Made by a program: the position numbers and the translations under genes. This document shows, one piece after another, positions 7,500 through 16,603 of a stretch of DNA of 39,245 nucleotides. The notes beneath the pieces were generated by a model that did not search any database, had not been told where the DNA came from, and was given only the letters and a program-made list of their open reading frames with translations. Every line of letters begins with the position of its first letter. Positions within the stretch are counted from its first letter, which is position 1. The stretch comes from Nitrospirota bacterium. GTDB taxonomy: Bacteria; UBA2233. The DNA is taken from NCBI GenBank assembly GCA_011620345.1, contig WOZJ01000057.1:62001-101245 (forward strand). The letters are read 5' to 3'.

Positions 7500-8979
7500 A
7501 CGTCGCTTCGTCCATGTCCCTGAACTCGCCGATCGTGTCGGATGGGTCGCCGCCCACGAATAAATACGTGCCCACAAGCTGGAGCCATGGCTTGTACTTA
7601 TAGATAAGCTCCAAGCTCCCCACATAAGCCTTGTTCTCGATTTGGTACACGCCCTGAGGGTTGCATTCGATCCTTCCGTCCAGAAAGCTCGTTCGAAGGC
7701 CGAGGCCAACCCTGTGCTTGCTAGGTTCGGAAAAAAGGTCGCCCCCATGGGCCAAGATGACGTCCTGCGTAAACTGGCCCGAGAGGAAGGATCCGGAAGG
7801 CAAAAGAAGAAACTTTTGGGGAAGGAGATAGTCCAGCCCGACCCCCCAAGAAATGCTATCTTTTTTCTTTACGATGTCAGGCACCTCGATTCGGGTCTTT
7901 GATCCGAGCGAGCGTTCGTCTAGTAGGGCGTCGATCGCCCCTCGGACAAGTTGACGCGCGTAGTCGGTTCGCCAGAATGGCCCTTCTAAGTCCTTGTAGA
8001 CGTCTCGGTTGTACGGTCTTCCATGGAAGAATGCCCATTCGAACCGAAGCGTCGTGTCTCCAACGCTCCTTGTCAGGTCGGCCCCGAACATGTGCATGCG
8101 CGTGGAGGTAGGGTAGAGGTCGAGGTCTACCAGCGAGCGATAAAGGCCGCCCGATGGGAAAAGCCGAGTCGTGGCCCCTACGTCTGCGCTGAACACGGGA
8201 AAAGGGTCGAGCCCGGTAAAGTAGTATAGGTGCGTGTCAAACCCTGCCACGTGCTTTGAAAGTCTGAATCCGGTGCTGAAAGAAGAAAGAGCCCCTTCCT
8301 TACCCCAGCCGCGGAGGTTTTGCTGTACGGAGAATCCAGAGAGGAAGGGGTCCCCTTGGAAATACCCCCTCAGATCCTTTGCCACATCCAGTAGGGAAGG
8401 AAAAAAGCGATTCCCCTGCGTAGACAGCCGGTATGGGAAAAACACGGGCGCAAACACCCACTCCAGCTCGAACACGGGCAGGCTGTAGGCGTCGACCTTT
8501 ATGGCAGGAATGCCGATTTTTCGGTCGGCCTCGGGGAGCTCGACAAAGCGGCTGTAGTCTTCAGGGTTGAAAAGGTCCGTCGGCTGGTATTCGTCCAGAA
8601 CGCCCCAGCTGATCTTTTGCTTTCCGATCCGGACGTCAAAGTCTTTAAAAAAGAGGTCTAGGTAGAATTCGTTGACGTCGAGGTAACCCGGCTGGGTTTC
8701 AAACACAGAGAACGGCTTAAGGAAGGGACTTTTCTCCGTGGATGAATGCAGGATGTTGCCGTCGTAGCCCGTCTTGATTTCCGATTCGATCTTTGCGTCT
8801 GGGGAAAAGATAATTGAGGGGTTGAGCTTGAGCTCGGTCGAAGGATTTTCGGAGGGCGTGTTGGCGTTCGCTCGAATGCCGAAACGCTGCTCTAGCCTGC
8901 CCGTTAGGTCGGCCTCGATAGCAAGGGCACTGCTTGCGAAAAGCAGGATAAAAAACAAGGGGGTGGCAAGCTTTGGCAC
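7477..8979 (-). CDS. Outer-membrane beta-barrel protein, DUF1302-like
   Basis: Signal peptide ending ALA; EFYLD...DVRIGKQKISWG..D...P.D.FNP.D motif; amphipathic strands; C-terminal YLF beta-signal. Confidence 0.65.
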   Translation of the reverse strand: MPKLATPLFFILLFASSALAIEADLTGRLEQRFGIRANANTPSENPSTELKLNPSIIFSPDAKIESEIKTGYDGNILHSSTEKSPFLKPFSVFETQPGYLDVNEFYLDLFFKDFDVRIGKQKISWGVLDEYQPTDLFNPEDYSRFVELPEADRKIGIPAIKVDAYSLPVFELEWVFAPVFFPYRLSTQGNRFFPSLLDVAKDLRGYFQGDPFLSGFSVQQNLRGWGKEGALSSFSTGFRLSKHVAGFDTHLYYFTGLDPFPVFSADVGATTRLFPSGGLYRSLVDLDLYPTSTRMHMFGADLTRSVGDTTLRFEWAFFHGRPYNRDVYKDLEGPFWRTDYARQLVRGAIDALLDERSLGSKTRIEVPDIVKKKDSISWGVGLDYLLPQKFLLLPSGSFLSGQFTQDVILAHGGDLFSEPSKHRVGLGLRTSFLDGRIECNPQGVYQIENKAYVGSLELIYKYKPWLQLVGTYLFVGGDPSDTIGEFRDMDEATFMVRYLF

Positions 8980-9034
8980 GCAGCGAACCGTTTTTGATCT
9001 AGCCTACCACCCCCTGGATTCTTCCGGCAATGAT

Positions 9035-9946
9035 CTAGAACTGGTAGGTAACGCCCATGACCGCCTGGTGGTGGAGGTTGAGCCCGTTGGGTATACCGAT
9101 TCCCTTAAGGGGCTTGGCATTCCCCAAGTCGGCAAAGCCAACCGAAAGAGTCAGGTGTTCGTTCCACACGAGCGCGGCGAACACGCTGAACCAGTCGTCA
9201 TACTTGGGTTGCTGCTTGTGTTCGTAACCGACGATAAGCTGTTTACCCTTGTAAACGAGCGGTACGACCGCGATCGACCCCTCGAATACCTCCTCACGCC
9301 GAACGCCGAACCCAAGCAGGCCGTTCAACTCTGCCGTGGTCGAGCGCATCCCGGCCGAAACGATCGTCGGCCATGGGAGGAATGTCAGCGTTTTGCCTAC
9401 CTGGAAATAATAATCCGAGCCCGAGTCTTTGACGTTTGGGTATCCTTCGAGGCCAAGCTTTGGGCCGTTCAGGTGTCTTCCGCTGCCGTCAATCGCCCTG
9501 TAGATGTAGCCGAAACTGATGCCAGGCATCCAGCTTGCAAGTTCGCCTTCCTTGACCAAGGCCAGCTTTGTATGGAAAATATGGAAGTTCTTGTCGAGCG
9601 AAGGCGTCATAACCCAACCCGTGTCGTGGTTGAACACGAGATAGCTGTAGCCGACCTCGAGCCTGTCGAACAGGCCCTCCGTAACGTTCAACCAAAGAAG
9701 GTCGCCGTCTCCTAGCCCTCCTTTGTCAAAATCCTTGCCGCCAAGCGTGGCGTAATGGAAGCCCAAGACCGGCAGGCCTACACGTTGCCAAGCGGCCTGG
9801 CCGAGTTTGATCTTGGAATCGGCGACGTGGTACGTCGGGTTGAGGTAGAACCCGGAATACCCCTCTCCGGCAAGGTTGAACGCGTGCGCCAAAGAGGGAA
9901 TACAAAAAAGCGCGAGGGAAACGAAAAGCCCGACCAATCGCTTCAT
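9035..9946 (-). CDS. Outer-membrane beta-barrel/porin-like protein (possibly DUF3034-like)
   Basis: AAAGGAGG RBS; signal peptide ending AHA; alternating Gly/aromatic strands; C-terminal GVTYQF. Confidence 0.65.
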   Translation of the reverse strand: MKRLVGLFVSLALFCIPSLAHAFNLAGEGYSGFYLNPTYHVADSKIKLGQAAWQRVGLPVLGFHYATLGGKDFDKGGLGDGDLLWLNVTEGLFDRLEVGYSYLVFNHDTGWVMTPSLDKNFHIFHTKLALVKEGELASWMPGISFGYIYRAIDGSGRHLNGPKLGLEGYPNVKDSGSDYYFQVGKTLTFLPWPTIVSAGMRSTTAELNGLLGFGVRREEVFEGSIAVVPLVYKGKQLIVGYEHKQQPKYDDWFSVFAALVWNEHLTLSVGFADLGNAKPLKGIGIPNGLNLHHQAVMGVTYQF

Positions 9947-9982
9947 GATGGCATCCTCCTTTATGGTTATTCACTAAAATCA

Positions 9983-10011
9983 TCTATATACTATGCAACT
10001 CATGTTGTCAA
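9983..10011 (-). promoter_or_regulatory. Putative sigma70 promoter of the beta-barrel genes
   Basis: Perfect TTGACA, 17-bp spacer, TATAGA. Confidence 0.5.
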
Positions 10012-10027
10012 TGCATGCACCATGCAT
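10011..10027. promoter_or_regulatory. Palindromic operator candidate ATGCATG-CAC-CATGCAT
   Basis: Perfect 7-bp inverted repeat abutting the -35 box; near-identical copy at 37913-37927. Confidence 0.55.
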
Positions 10028-10104
10028 CGTGAACGCCGTTGAGAACAAAAAACCTGGAAGGCGAGAATTTAGGTCCTACGGCTGTGCGAACCAAAAACCT
10101 TCCC

Positions 10105-10133
10105 TTGGAAGAAGAAACGTGGTAGCCTACAAT
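10105..10133 (+). promoter_or_regulatory. sigma70 promoter of tRNA-Thr (and probably the rpmH operon)
   Basis: TTGGAA-N17-TACAAT. Confidence 0.6.
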
Positions 10134-10156
10134 TCAAAGGTACCTCCAAGCGAAGG

Positions 10157-10231
10157 GCCGATGTAGCTCAGTGGGAGAGCAACTGATTCGTAATCAGTAG
10201 GTCGGGGGTTCAAATCCCCCCATCGGCTCCA
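10157..10231 (+). tRNA. tRNA-Thr (anticodon CGT)
   Basis: Acceptor GCCGATG/CATCGGC, anticodon arm ACTGA-TTCGTAA-TCAGT, GGTTCAAATCC T arm, encoded CCA. Confidence 0.97.
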
Positions 10232-10306
10232 TGGACGAGCAGGGTTATCGGCCTCAATTCGGCCAAAAAAGAATATGATGTGAAGAAAATCAAAGGAGTG
10301 TAGGCG

Positions 10307-10456
10307 ATGAAGCGAACATACCAGCCGCACGTGGTCAAGCGGCTCAGGACGCACGGGTTTCGAGCGCGGATGAAGACGCGCTCTGGCCGGGCTGTGCTTG
10401 CCAGAAGGCGCGCCAAGGGCAGAAAATACCTAAGCGTTTCGGATGAGCGTAGGTAA
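10307..10456 (+). CDS. rpmH: 50S ribosomal protein L34 (absent from ORF track, 49 aa)
   Basis: [58 protein letters not shown]. Confidence 0.97.
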   Translation: MKRTYQPHVVKRLRTHGFRARMKTRSGRAVLARRRAKGRKYLSVSDERR

Positions 10457-10856
10457 GCCAGATTTTCGCTTGCCAAAATCGGCCCGATTGACAAGGCGCT
10501 CGGAAATCCAGCGAGTTCTTGATCGCGGGGAAAAGCGGGTTACAAGGCATGTCGTGGTATTCCAGCTTTGCGTGCCTTCCTCTCCAGGGGGAGCTCTGCC
10601 TAGGCTCGGGCTCATCGCTTCTCGGAAAGTAGGCAATGCCCACAAGAGAAACCGAGCGAAACGGTTGCTTCGGGAGGTCTTTAGGCTTCACAGAGGTTGG
10701 TTTGGCCCTGGCGAAGAGGTGGTCTTTTTGGCCAAGCGGGGCGTTGACGGGCTCTGCCTTCAGGATGTCGAAAAGGAGCTAAGGGGTGTTCTCAAGCCCG
10801 AAAGAGCAGGGTATGTGCTTGGGGATTCTCCAGAGGTTTGCCCTATGGTTTCTTAG
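10443..10856 (+). CDS. rnpA: Ribonuclease P protein component
   Basis: [32 protein letters not shown] (RNR motif); follows rpmH. Confidence 0.95.
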   Translation: MSVGKPDFRLPKSARLTRRSEIQRVLDRGEKRVTRHVVVFQLCVPSSPGGALPRLGLIASRKVGNAHKRNRAKRLLREVFRLHRGWFGPGEEVVFLAKRGVDGLCLQDVEKELRGVLKPERAGYVLGDSPEVCPMVS

Positions 10857-11049
10857 TGGATATCGAAACATCCTTTCGCCCGTCTTAAAGCCAAGATGCC
10901 GGTATGTACCGAGTTGTTCGTCCTACGCCTTCCAGGCAATCCAGGATTACGGGGTGGTTCGAGGGGGCGTCTTAACGGCCCTTAGGATCGCCCGCTGTCA
11001 CCCCCTCCACCCAGGAGGAATGGATACAGTCCCCCAAAAGCTTTGTTGA
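10813..11049 (+). CDS. yidD: Membrane protein insertion efficiency factor YidD
   Basis: Y...LSP....CRYVPSCSSYA..AI..YG..RG......RIARCHP..PGG.D.VP; start trimmed to ATG 10813. Confidence 0.94.
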   Translation: MCLGILQRFALWFLSGYRNILSPVLKPRCRYVPSCSSYAFQAIQDYGVVRGGVLTALRIARCHPLHPGGMDTVPQKLC

Positions 11050-11059
11050 GGATAATTGT

Positions 11060-12658
11060 ATGGAAAAACGCCTGATTCTCGCGCTCGTTTTGTCAGTACT
11101 CGTGCTTATCTTTTGGCAGCGCTTGTCGAGTCGAATGCTTCCCGGAACCCGGACTGCGGACGATCGCACGAAGGCCTCCCAAAGTGCTGGGGCTGTACCA
11201 AAGGAGCCCTCGGCAGCCCTACCGGACTCCCCAGCAGGGGAAGTCTCAACGTCCTTAAGGGTGCCGGATGAGCCCATGTTGTGGCTCGAAACCTCGAATT
11301 TAAAGTTGGGCGTAGGCCAGCAGACGGGCGCCATCCGCCATGCCCTTGTCAAAGGCTACCAGGAAGATCTTCGTAGGGATTCTCCTATGGTCGACCTTGC
11401 CCATATGGGCCAAGGAATGCTTGCCTCTCCAGTACTCGCGTACGCGACCCAAAGCGGGTTCGAAAGGCTGATGCCTAGCAAGGTCACGGTCCGCCAAGAC
11501 GCAGGGGGCGCAAAGGTTGAGCTGGTGTTCGATGGGTTGCGGGCCGTATACGAAATTCCTCCTCGTGGATATTCATTTTCCGTTGGCATCACCAAAGAGG
11601 CGGGGTATCGGCTGCAAGCCCCTGTCGTTGTACTCTGGCCCTTCGGGACGACCAAGGAGGAGGGGAAGGATCGCTACCACATCTCTAGCTTCCAGGGGCT
11701 CGTTGGCAAGAAGCTTACGAATGTTCCTATGGCTAAGCTCAAGGAGGCCAAAGAGGTTCAAGGCCCGTTCCCTTGGGTTGGGTTTGGAGACAAGTTCTTC
11801 TTCCAGGCCTTGATCGACGATTCTCGGCCATTCCTGGAGGCACGGTTGATCCCCCTGAATGCGCACGGGGTTGTCCTGAGCGTTCCTTTGTTTGACCCTG
11901 CAGCCGGAGAGAGTGCCCTTGCCCGCGACCTAACCTTATTCATGGGCCCAAAGGCCTACGATGTCCTAAAGGCTCAAGGACATGACCTCGTTCGGGTCGT
12001 CGATTTCGGCATGTTTGGTTTTTTGGGCAGGCCACTTTTGGTCACGTTGAAGTTCTTCCACAAGCTCCTTGGCAACTGGGGGTTGGCGATCATCGCAGTA
12101 ACGGTGCTACTCAAGCTGCTCCTAGCCCCCCTTACGCATCAGAGCTACCAGTCCATGCGAAAGATGACGGAGCTCCAGCCAAAGATCCGCGCGCTGCAGG
12201 AGCGCTTCAAGAACGACAGGACCCGCCTAAGCCAAGAGACGATGGCGCTTTACAAGGCCCATAAGGTGAACCCCTTGGGCGGTTGTTTGCCGACGCTTAT
12301 CCAGATCCCCGTGTTCTTCGCGTTCTACTACACGCTGATCAACACGGTCGAGCTTCGTCATGCCCCTTTCTTTTGGTGGATTCAGGACCTCTCGGCCAAA
12401 GATCCTTACCTGGTTACGCCCTTGCTGATGGGGGTCTCGATGATCGCCCTCCAGCTTCTTACCCCAAACCAGCAGAACACGAACCCCACCCAACAGCGGA
12501 TGATGCTGCTTATGCCCATCGTGTTCACGTTCATCTTCTTGAGCCTGCCTTCAGGGCTCGTGTTGTACTATTTGTTTAGCAATATCCTTTCGATCGCTCA
12601 CCTTTTGTTCTTCAGACAGTGGCAAAAGAACAGGCCTTTGCTCGCACAGGCGTCATAG
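11060..12658 (+). CDS. yidC: Membrane protein insertase YidC
   Basis: N-terminal TM, periplasmic domain, FMGPK, GNWGLAII, NPLGGCLP..IQIP, WIQDLSAKDPY, PSGLVLYY. Confidence 0.97.
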   Translation: MEKRLILALVLSVLVLIFWQRLSSRMLPGTRTADDRTKASQSAGAVPKEPSAALPDSPAGEVSTSLRVPDEPMLWLETSNLKLGVGQQTGAIRHALVKGYQEDLRRDSPMVDLAHMGQGMLASPVLAYATQSGFERLMPSKVTVRQDAGGAKVELVFDGLRAVYEIPPRGYSFSVGITKEAGYRLQAPVVVLWPFGTTKEEGKDRYHISSFQGLVGKKLTNVPMAKLKEAKEVQGPFPWVGFGDKFFFQALIDDSRPFLEARLIPLNAHGVVLSVPLFDPAAGESALARDLTLFMGPKAYDVLKAQGHDLVRVVDFGMFGFLGRPLLVTLKFFHKLLGNWGLAIIAVTVLLKLLLAPLTHQSYQSMRKMTELQPKIRALQERFKNDRTRLSQETMALYKAHKVNPLGGCLPTLIQIPVFFAFYYTLINTVELRHAPFFWWIQDLSAKDPYLVTPLLMGVSMIALQLLTPNQQNTNPTQQRMMLLMPIVFTFIFLSLPSGLVLYYLFSNILSIAHLLFFRQWQKNRPLLAQAS

Positions 12659-13968
12659 CGGCCATTGCGACGGGTCTGGTAGATGCGGCAATCGGCATCG
12701 TCCGCCTGTCTGGCAAGGAGAGCTGGGAACTAATCGGGCCCTGCCTTGCTCCTTCCCCAAAGGCGCCTACCCCAAGAAGGACGTATCGGACGGCGTTCGT
12801 CGACCCAAGAACGGCCGAACTCATGGATGAAGTTCTCGTTGCATTCTACGCGGAAGGTCGGAGCTTTACGGGTGAGCGGATGGTCGAGGTCTTCGGACAC
12901 GGCGGCGTTGCCAACCTGACCTCCATCCTTGGGAAACTGATCGAGCAAGGGGCCAGACAGGCCCTGCCCGGAGAGTTCAGCCAAAGGGCTTTTCTTAACG
13001 GTAAGATCGATCTTACCAAGGCGCTTGCCATCAAGGCGATGGCCCAGTCTGGGAACCCTTTTGCGCTGATTCAGGCAAGGAAGCACCTAGGGGGCGAGTT
13101 TTCGGCGCGACTAGATGCTGTCAGGGGAATGCTCGTGGCTTCGATCATCGACATCGAAGGGGAGATAGAGCTCGAAGAGGATACGCTCAACGAGGGTTCT
13201 CTGGAAAACGTTCTTTTGGGTGCACTCGAAAGCTTGGAAACGCTAGCTAAGGGGCCGAAAGGACTAGCTGGAGAGTTCCGGATCGTGATCGCAGGGGCGC
13301 CGAATGCCGGCAAATCAAGCCTTTTCAACGCGCTTTTGGGTAAGGAGCGATCCATAGTCACGCCGATTCCCGGCACAACCCGCGATTTTTTGGAAGCGAG
13401 CCTTAGGCTTGGCCCCTACGAGGTGCTGCTGATAGATACCGCCGGGTTGTCGAAGGTTCCCAGCGGCCCGGTCGAGAGGTTAGGCATCGAAAAAACCTAC
13501 GAGCTGCTCCGGGAAGCCTCGTTTGTCATCCACCTTGTGGATGTGACAAGCAAGGAAGCCCCGCTCGAAGCCTTCGAGGGCAAGGCTTGGGGGCGAATGG
13601 TCGTCGGTTCCAAAAAAGACTTGCTTTGGTCTCCTAAGCCCCCAGACGATTCTTTTGACATATCTGTAAGCGCTAAGAGCGGGGAAGGAATGGATGCGCT
13701 AAAAAGGCTTTTGATGGGACGACTTGAGCAGCTCGAAGCGCTCTCGAAAGAAGAGGTGTTCGCGCTTGGTGGGTTCGAGCAAGAATCCCTTCAGTGTGCC
13801 ATGGACCATGCCTTGCGGGCGATCGATGGCCTAAAAAAAGGGATGGCGCTGGAGGCCGTATCTCAAGAGCTTTTGGATGCCGTCTCCTGTATTGATCGAA
13901 TAAGCGGGAAAATTCTCGATTTTGAGTTGATGGAAGGGTTGTTCGCCACGTTCTGCGTCGGGAAATGA
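12619..13968 (+). CDS. mnmE: tRNA modification GTPase MnmE
   Basis: [47 protein letters not shown]-terminal FCVGK. Confidence 0.96.
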   Translation: MAKEQAFARTGVIAAIATGLVDAAIGIVRLSGKESWELIGPCLAPSPKAPTPRRTYRTAFVDPRTAELMDEVLVAFYAEGRSFTGERMVEVFGHGGVANLTSILGKLIEQGARQALPGEFSQRAFLNGKIDLTKALAIKAMAQSGNPFALIQARKHLGGEFSARLDAVRGMLVASIIDIEGEIELEEDTLNEGSLENVLLGALESLETLAKGPKGLAGEFRIVIAGAPNAGKSSLFNALLGKERSIVTPIPGTTRDFLEASLRLGPYEVLLIDTAGLSKVPSGPVERLGIEKTYELLREASFVIHLVDVTSKEAPLEAFEGKAWGRMVVGSKKDLLWSPKPPDDSFDISVSAKSGEGMDALKRLLMGRLEQLEALSKEEVFALGGFEQESLQCAMDHALRAIDGLKKGMALEAVSQELLDAVSCIDRISGKILDFELMEGLFATFCVGK

Positions 13969-15797
13969 ACAAGGACAAGCTTGCGCACGCGGTCGTTGTT
14001 GGGGGAGGGCATGCCGGCGTAGAGGCGGCGTGGGTGCTCCATAGATTAGGGGTTCCAACTACGCTCGTGACGCTTTCCAAGGGGACGATAGGTAGGATGT
14101 CGTGCAACCCGGCGATCGGCGGCCTTGCCAAGGGGCACCTAGTCAAGGAGGTTGACGCGCTCGGAGGATTGATGGGGGTGGTGGCCGACCGGACGGCCAT
14201 CCAGTACCGGACGCTCAACGAAAGGAAGGGGGCGGCCGTTCGGGGAACCAGGGTGCAGTCCGACAGGCTAGCCTACGAAAGGGCCGTGCAGTCCTTTATT
14301 TTAAACGCTCCAAACCTTCGTGTCCTCGAGAGTGAGGCCGTGTCGGTTTTGAGCAAGCACGGCAGGATCGTAGGGGTAGGCCTCAAGGACGGCTCGGAGC
14401 TTCCCTGCGGGGCGCTTGTTGTGTGTACGGGAACATTCCTTGGGGGGTTGCTCCATTCGGGCCAGGGTCGTCGTGAAGGGGGGAGGGCAAACGAGCCTGC
14501 CTCCAGTGGGCTTACGGAGAGCTTCAAACGTTTGGGCATTTCCGTAAGGCGCTTTAAGACAGGAACCCCGGCAAGGCTTTTGCGTTCTTCGATAGCCGTG
14601 GATAAGCTCGAGCGCCAAGACGGCGATTGCAGCGTACTTCCGTTTTCGTTCCGGCATAAGGAAGTCACAAGGCGGCAGATCGCCTGTTTTAAGGCATGCA
14701 CGAACGATAGCACGCATGCGATCATCAGAGAAAACCTGCACCTTTCGGCGCTGTACGGAGGCCGCATCGCCGGAATAGGCCCCAGGTATTGTCCGAGCAT
14801 AGAAGACAAGGTCGTAAAGTTTCCAGAAAGGGATCGCCATACGGTCTTTTTGGAGCCAGAAGGGTTTGATTCCCAAGTGGTGTATCCAAACGGCGTATCC
14901 ACCTCTCTCCCCGCAGAGGTACAGGAGGCATTTCTAAAAACGATCCATGGGCTTGAGCATGCGGTGATCCTAAGGCCTGGCTACGCGGTCGAGTACGACT
15001 GCATCGATCCAAAGACGCTCAAGCCTACGCTCGAGCACAAGAAGGTTTCAGGCTTGTTCTTTGCAGGGCAGGTCTGCGGGACGTCTGGCTACGAAGAGGC
15101 GGCCGCGCAGGGGCTTGTCGCTGGCATGAACGCGGCTCACCTGATTCTTGAGCGCTTACCCTTTATCCTTGAAAGACATGAAGCCTACATCGGCGTGCTG
15201 ATCGACGACCTAACGAGCAGGGGGACGGACGAGCCCTACCGGTTGTTTACTTCGAGGGCGGAGTATAGGCTGGTGTTGCGCGAGGATAACGCTGAAACCC
15301 GGCTTGGCCCCAAGGCTCATACGTTGGGCCTGTTGAGCGATTCCGAATTCGGCCTTATGGAGCAAAGGGCAAGGCGGCTTTCTCAAGCCTTGGCCTTTGC
15401 TCGAAGAGATTCGGCTATGAGGCTTGCGTTGATGGAGGCTGATCCGAAGAACCCAGCCCCGTTCGAAGCCCTTGGGCAGGAAGGCCAACTAGGCCCAAGG
15501 GAACGTCTTACGCTTGTGACAGAGCTCGTGTACGAGGGCTATTTAAAGCGCATGCAACGAGAAATCGCCTTGCTCGAGAAAGAAAGGGCGCTTTTTATTC
15601 CGTCGGTGCTTCAGTACGAAGACATCCCCGGCCTTTCTCGCGAGCTCCAAGAAAAGCTCTCCAGGAAACAGCCCAAGACGTTTCTGGAGGCAATGGCGAT
15701 TCCCGGGATGACCCCGTCCGCCTTGAATGCGATCGCTGTTCACATCAAGAAGCTCACATCCTTAAGGCCTAAGTTGTGCGAATCCTTGGGATCTTGA
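13965..15797 (+). CDS. mnmG: tRNA uridine 5-carboxymethylaminomethyl modification enzyme MnmG (GidA)
   Basis: [58 protein letters not shown]. Confidence 0.98.
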   Translation: MNKDKLAHAVVVGGGHAGVEAAWVLHRLGVPTTLVTLSKGTIGRMSCNPAIGGLAKGHLVKEVDALGGLMGVVADRTAIQYRTLNERKGAAVRGTRVQSDRLAYERAVQSFILNAPNLRVLESEAVSVLSKHGRIVGVGLKDGSELPCGALVVCTGTFLGGLLHSGQGRREGGRANEPASSGLTESFKRLGISVRRFKTGTPARLLRSSIAVDKLERQDGDCSVLPFSFRHKEVTRRQIACFKACTNDSTHAIIRENLHLSALYGGRIAGIGPRYCPSIEDKVVKFPERDRHTVFLEPEGFDSQVVYPNGVSTSLPAEVQEAFLKTIHGLEHAVILRPGYAVEYDCIDPKTLKPTLEHKKVSGLFFAGQVCGTSGYEEAAAQGLVAGMNAAHLILERLPFILERHEAYIGVLIDDLTSRGTDEPYRLFTSRAEYRLVLREDNAETRLGPKAHTLGLLSDSEFGLMEQRARRLSQALAFARRDSAMRLALMEADPKNPAPFEALGQEGQLGPRERLTLVTELVYEGYLKRMQREIALLEKERALFIPSVLQYEDIPGLSRELQEKLSRKQPKTFLEAMAIPGMTPSALNAIAVHIKKLTSLRPKLCESLGS

Positions 15798-16603
15798 CCT
15801 GTTTGATTGTCGCTAGGGGGGTTATGGCCACCACGATCTTTGCCCCAGATGCTTCCATTGTCCCTTTTGACGAGTTTGTCGAGGTTTTAGCCCAAAATGA
15901 CGTGGTTTACCTAGGGGAAATCCACACCAGCCAAGAAATTCACCAGGCCCAGCTGGAAACGATAAAAAGGCTTGAAACACGAAGACCGTTAATCGTTGCC
16001 ATGGAGATGTTCCAGACTCCCTACCAAAGGTTTCTCGATGCCTATACTCAAGGCGCCCTATCCGAATCCGAGCTCCTCGAGGCCACAGAGTACAAAAAAA
16101 GGTGGGGTTACAACCCCGAGTTCTACCTCCCCATCTTAAGGTTTGCCAAGGACCATGGTATCCGGCTTTGGGCAACCCAAATCCCCACGGAGCTCGTTCA
16201 GCAGGTTCAATCCGCGGGTATCGGGAATGTCCAGAGCCCCTACCTGCCGAACCCGCCGATCCTCCCTTCAAAGTCTTACGTGGACAAACTCGAGGAGGTC
16301 TACCAGGGGCACCCGAGGATGGGGAGCTTTGAGGAGTTTTTAGATGTTCAGTTGGGCTGGGATAACGGAACGGCCTTGGCTTTGTTGGAGGCCCTTAGGG
16401 CACACCCTAAGGCTTTGGTTGTCGTCTTGATCGGCCAGGGTCACGTCCAGGAAGGCCTTGGAGTCCCCCAAATTCTTAAGGCCTTGGCCCCTTGGGTTTC
16501 TCAGACGGTGTGTGTTCCTGTTTTTGACCCCTCGGAGCTCAAGCCGGGCGATGATTTTGGTATTTTGATACAAGGGGAAGAATGGAATGGGGGGATTGGG
16601 TAG
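15776..16603 (+). CDS. ChaN/PhuW-like (haem-uptake, EreA/ChaN fold) exported protein
   Basis: Hydrophobic N-terminus; [37 protein letters not shown]. Confidence 0.8.
   Translation: MRILGILTCLIVARGVMATTIFAPDASIVPFDEFVEVLAQNDVVYLGEIHTSQEIHQAQLETIKRLETRRPLIVAMEMFQTPYQRFLDAYTQGALSESELLEATEYKKRWGYNPEFYLPILRFAKDHGIRLWATQIPTELVQQVQSAGIGNVQSPYLPNPPILPSKSYVDKLEEVYQGHPRMGSFEEFLDVQLGWDNGTALALLEALRAHPKALVVVLIGQGHVQEGLGVPQILKALAPWVSQTVCVPVFDPSELKPGDDFGILIQGEEWNGGIG

Noticed and set aside
8774-9715. 313-aa plus-strand ORF
   Set aside because: In-register antisense shadow of the 9035-9946 barrel gene, with no motifs, RBS or signal; explained by codon bias
9967-9975. DnaA-box-like TTATTCACT suggesting oriC upstream of rpmH
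   Set aside because: Single mismatched box; no cluster, no unwinding element and no dnaA
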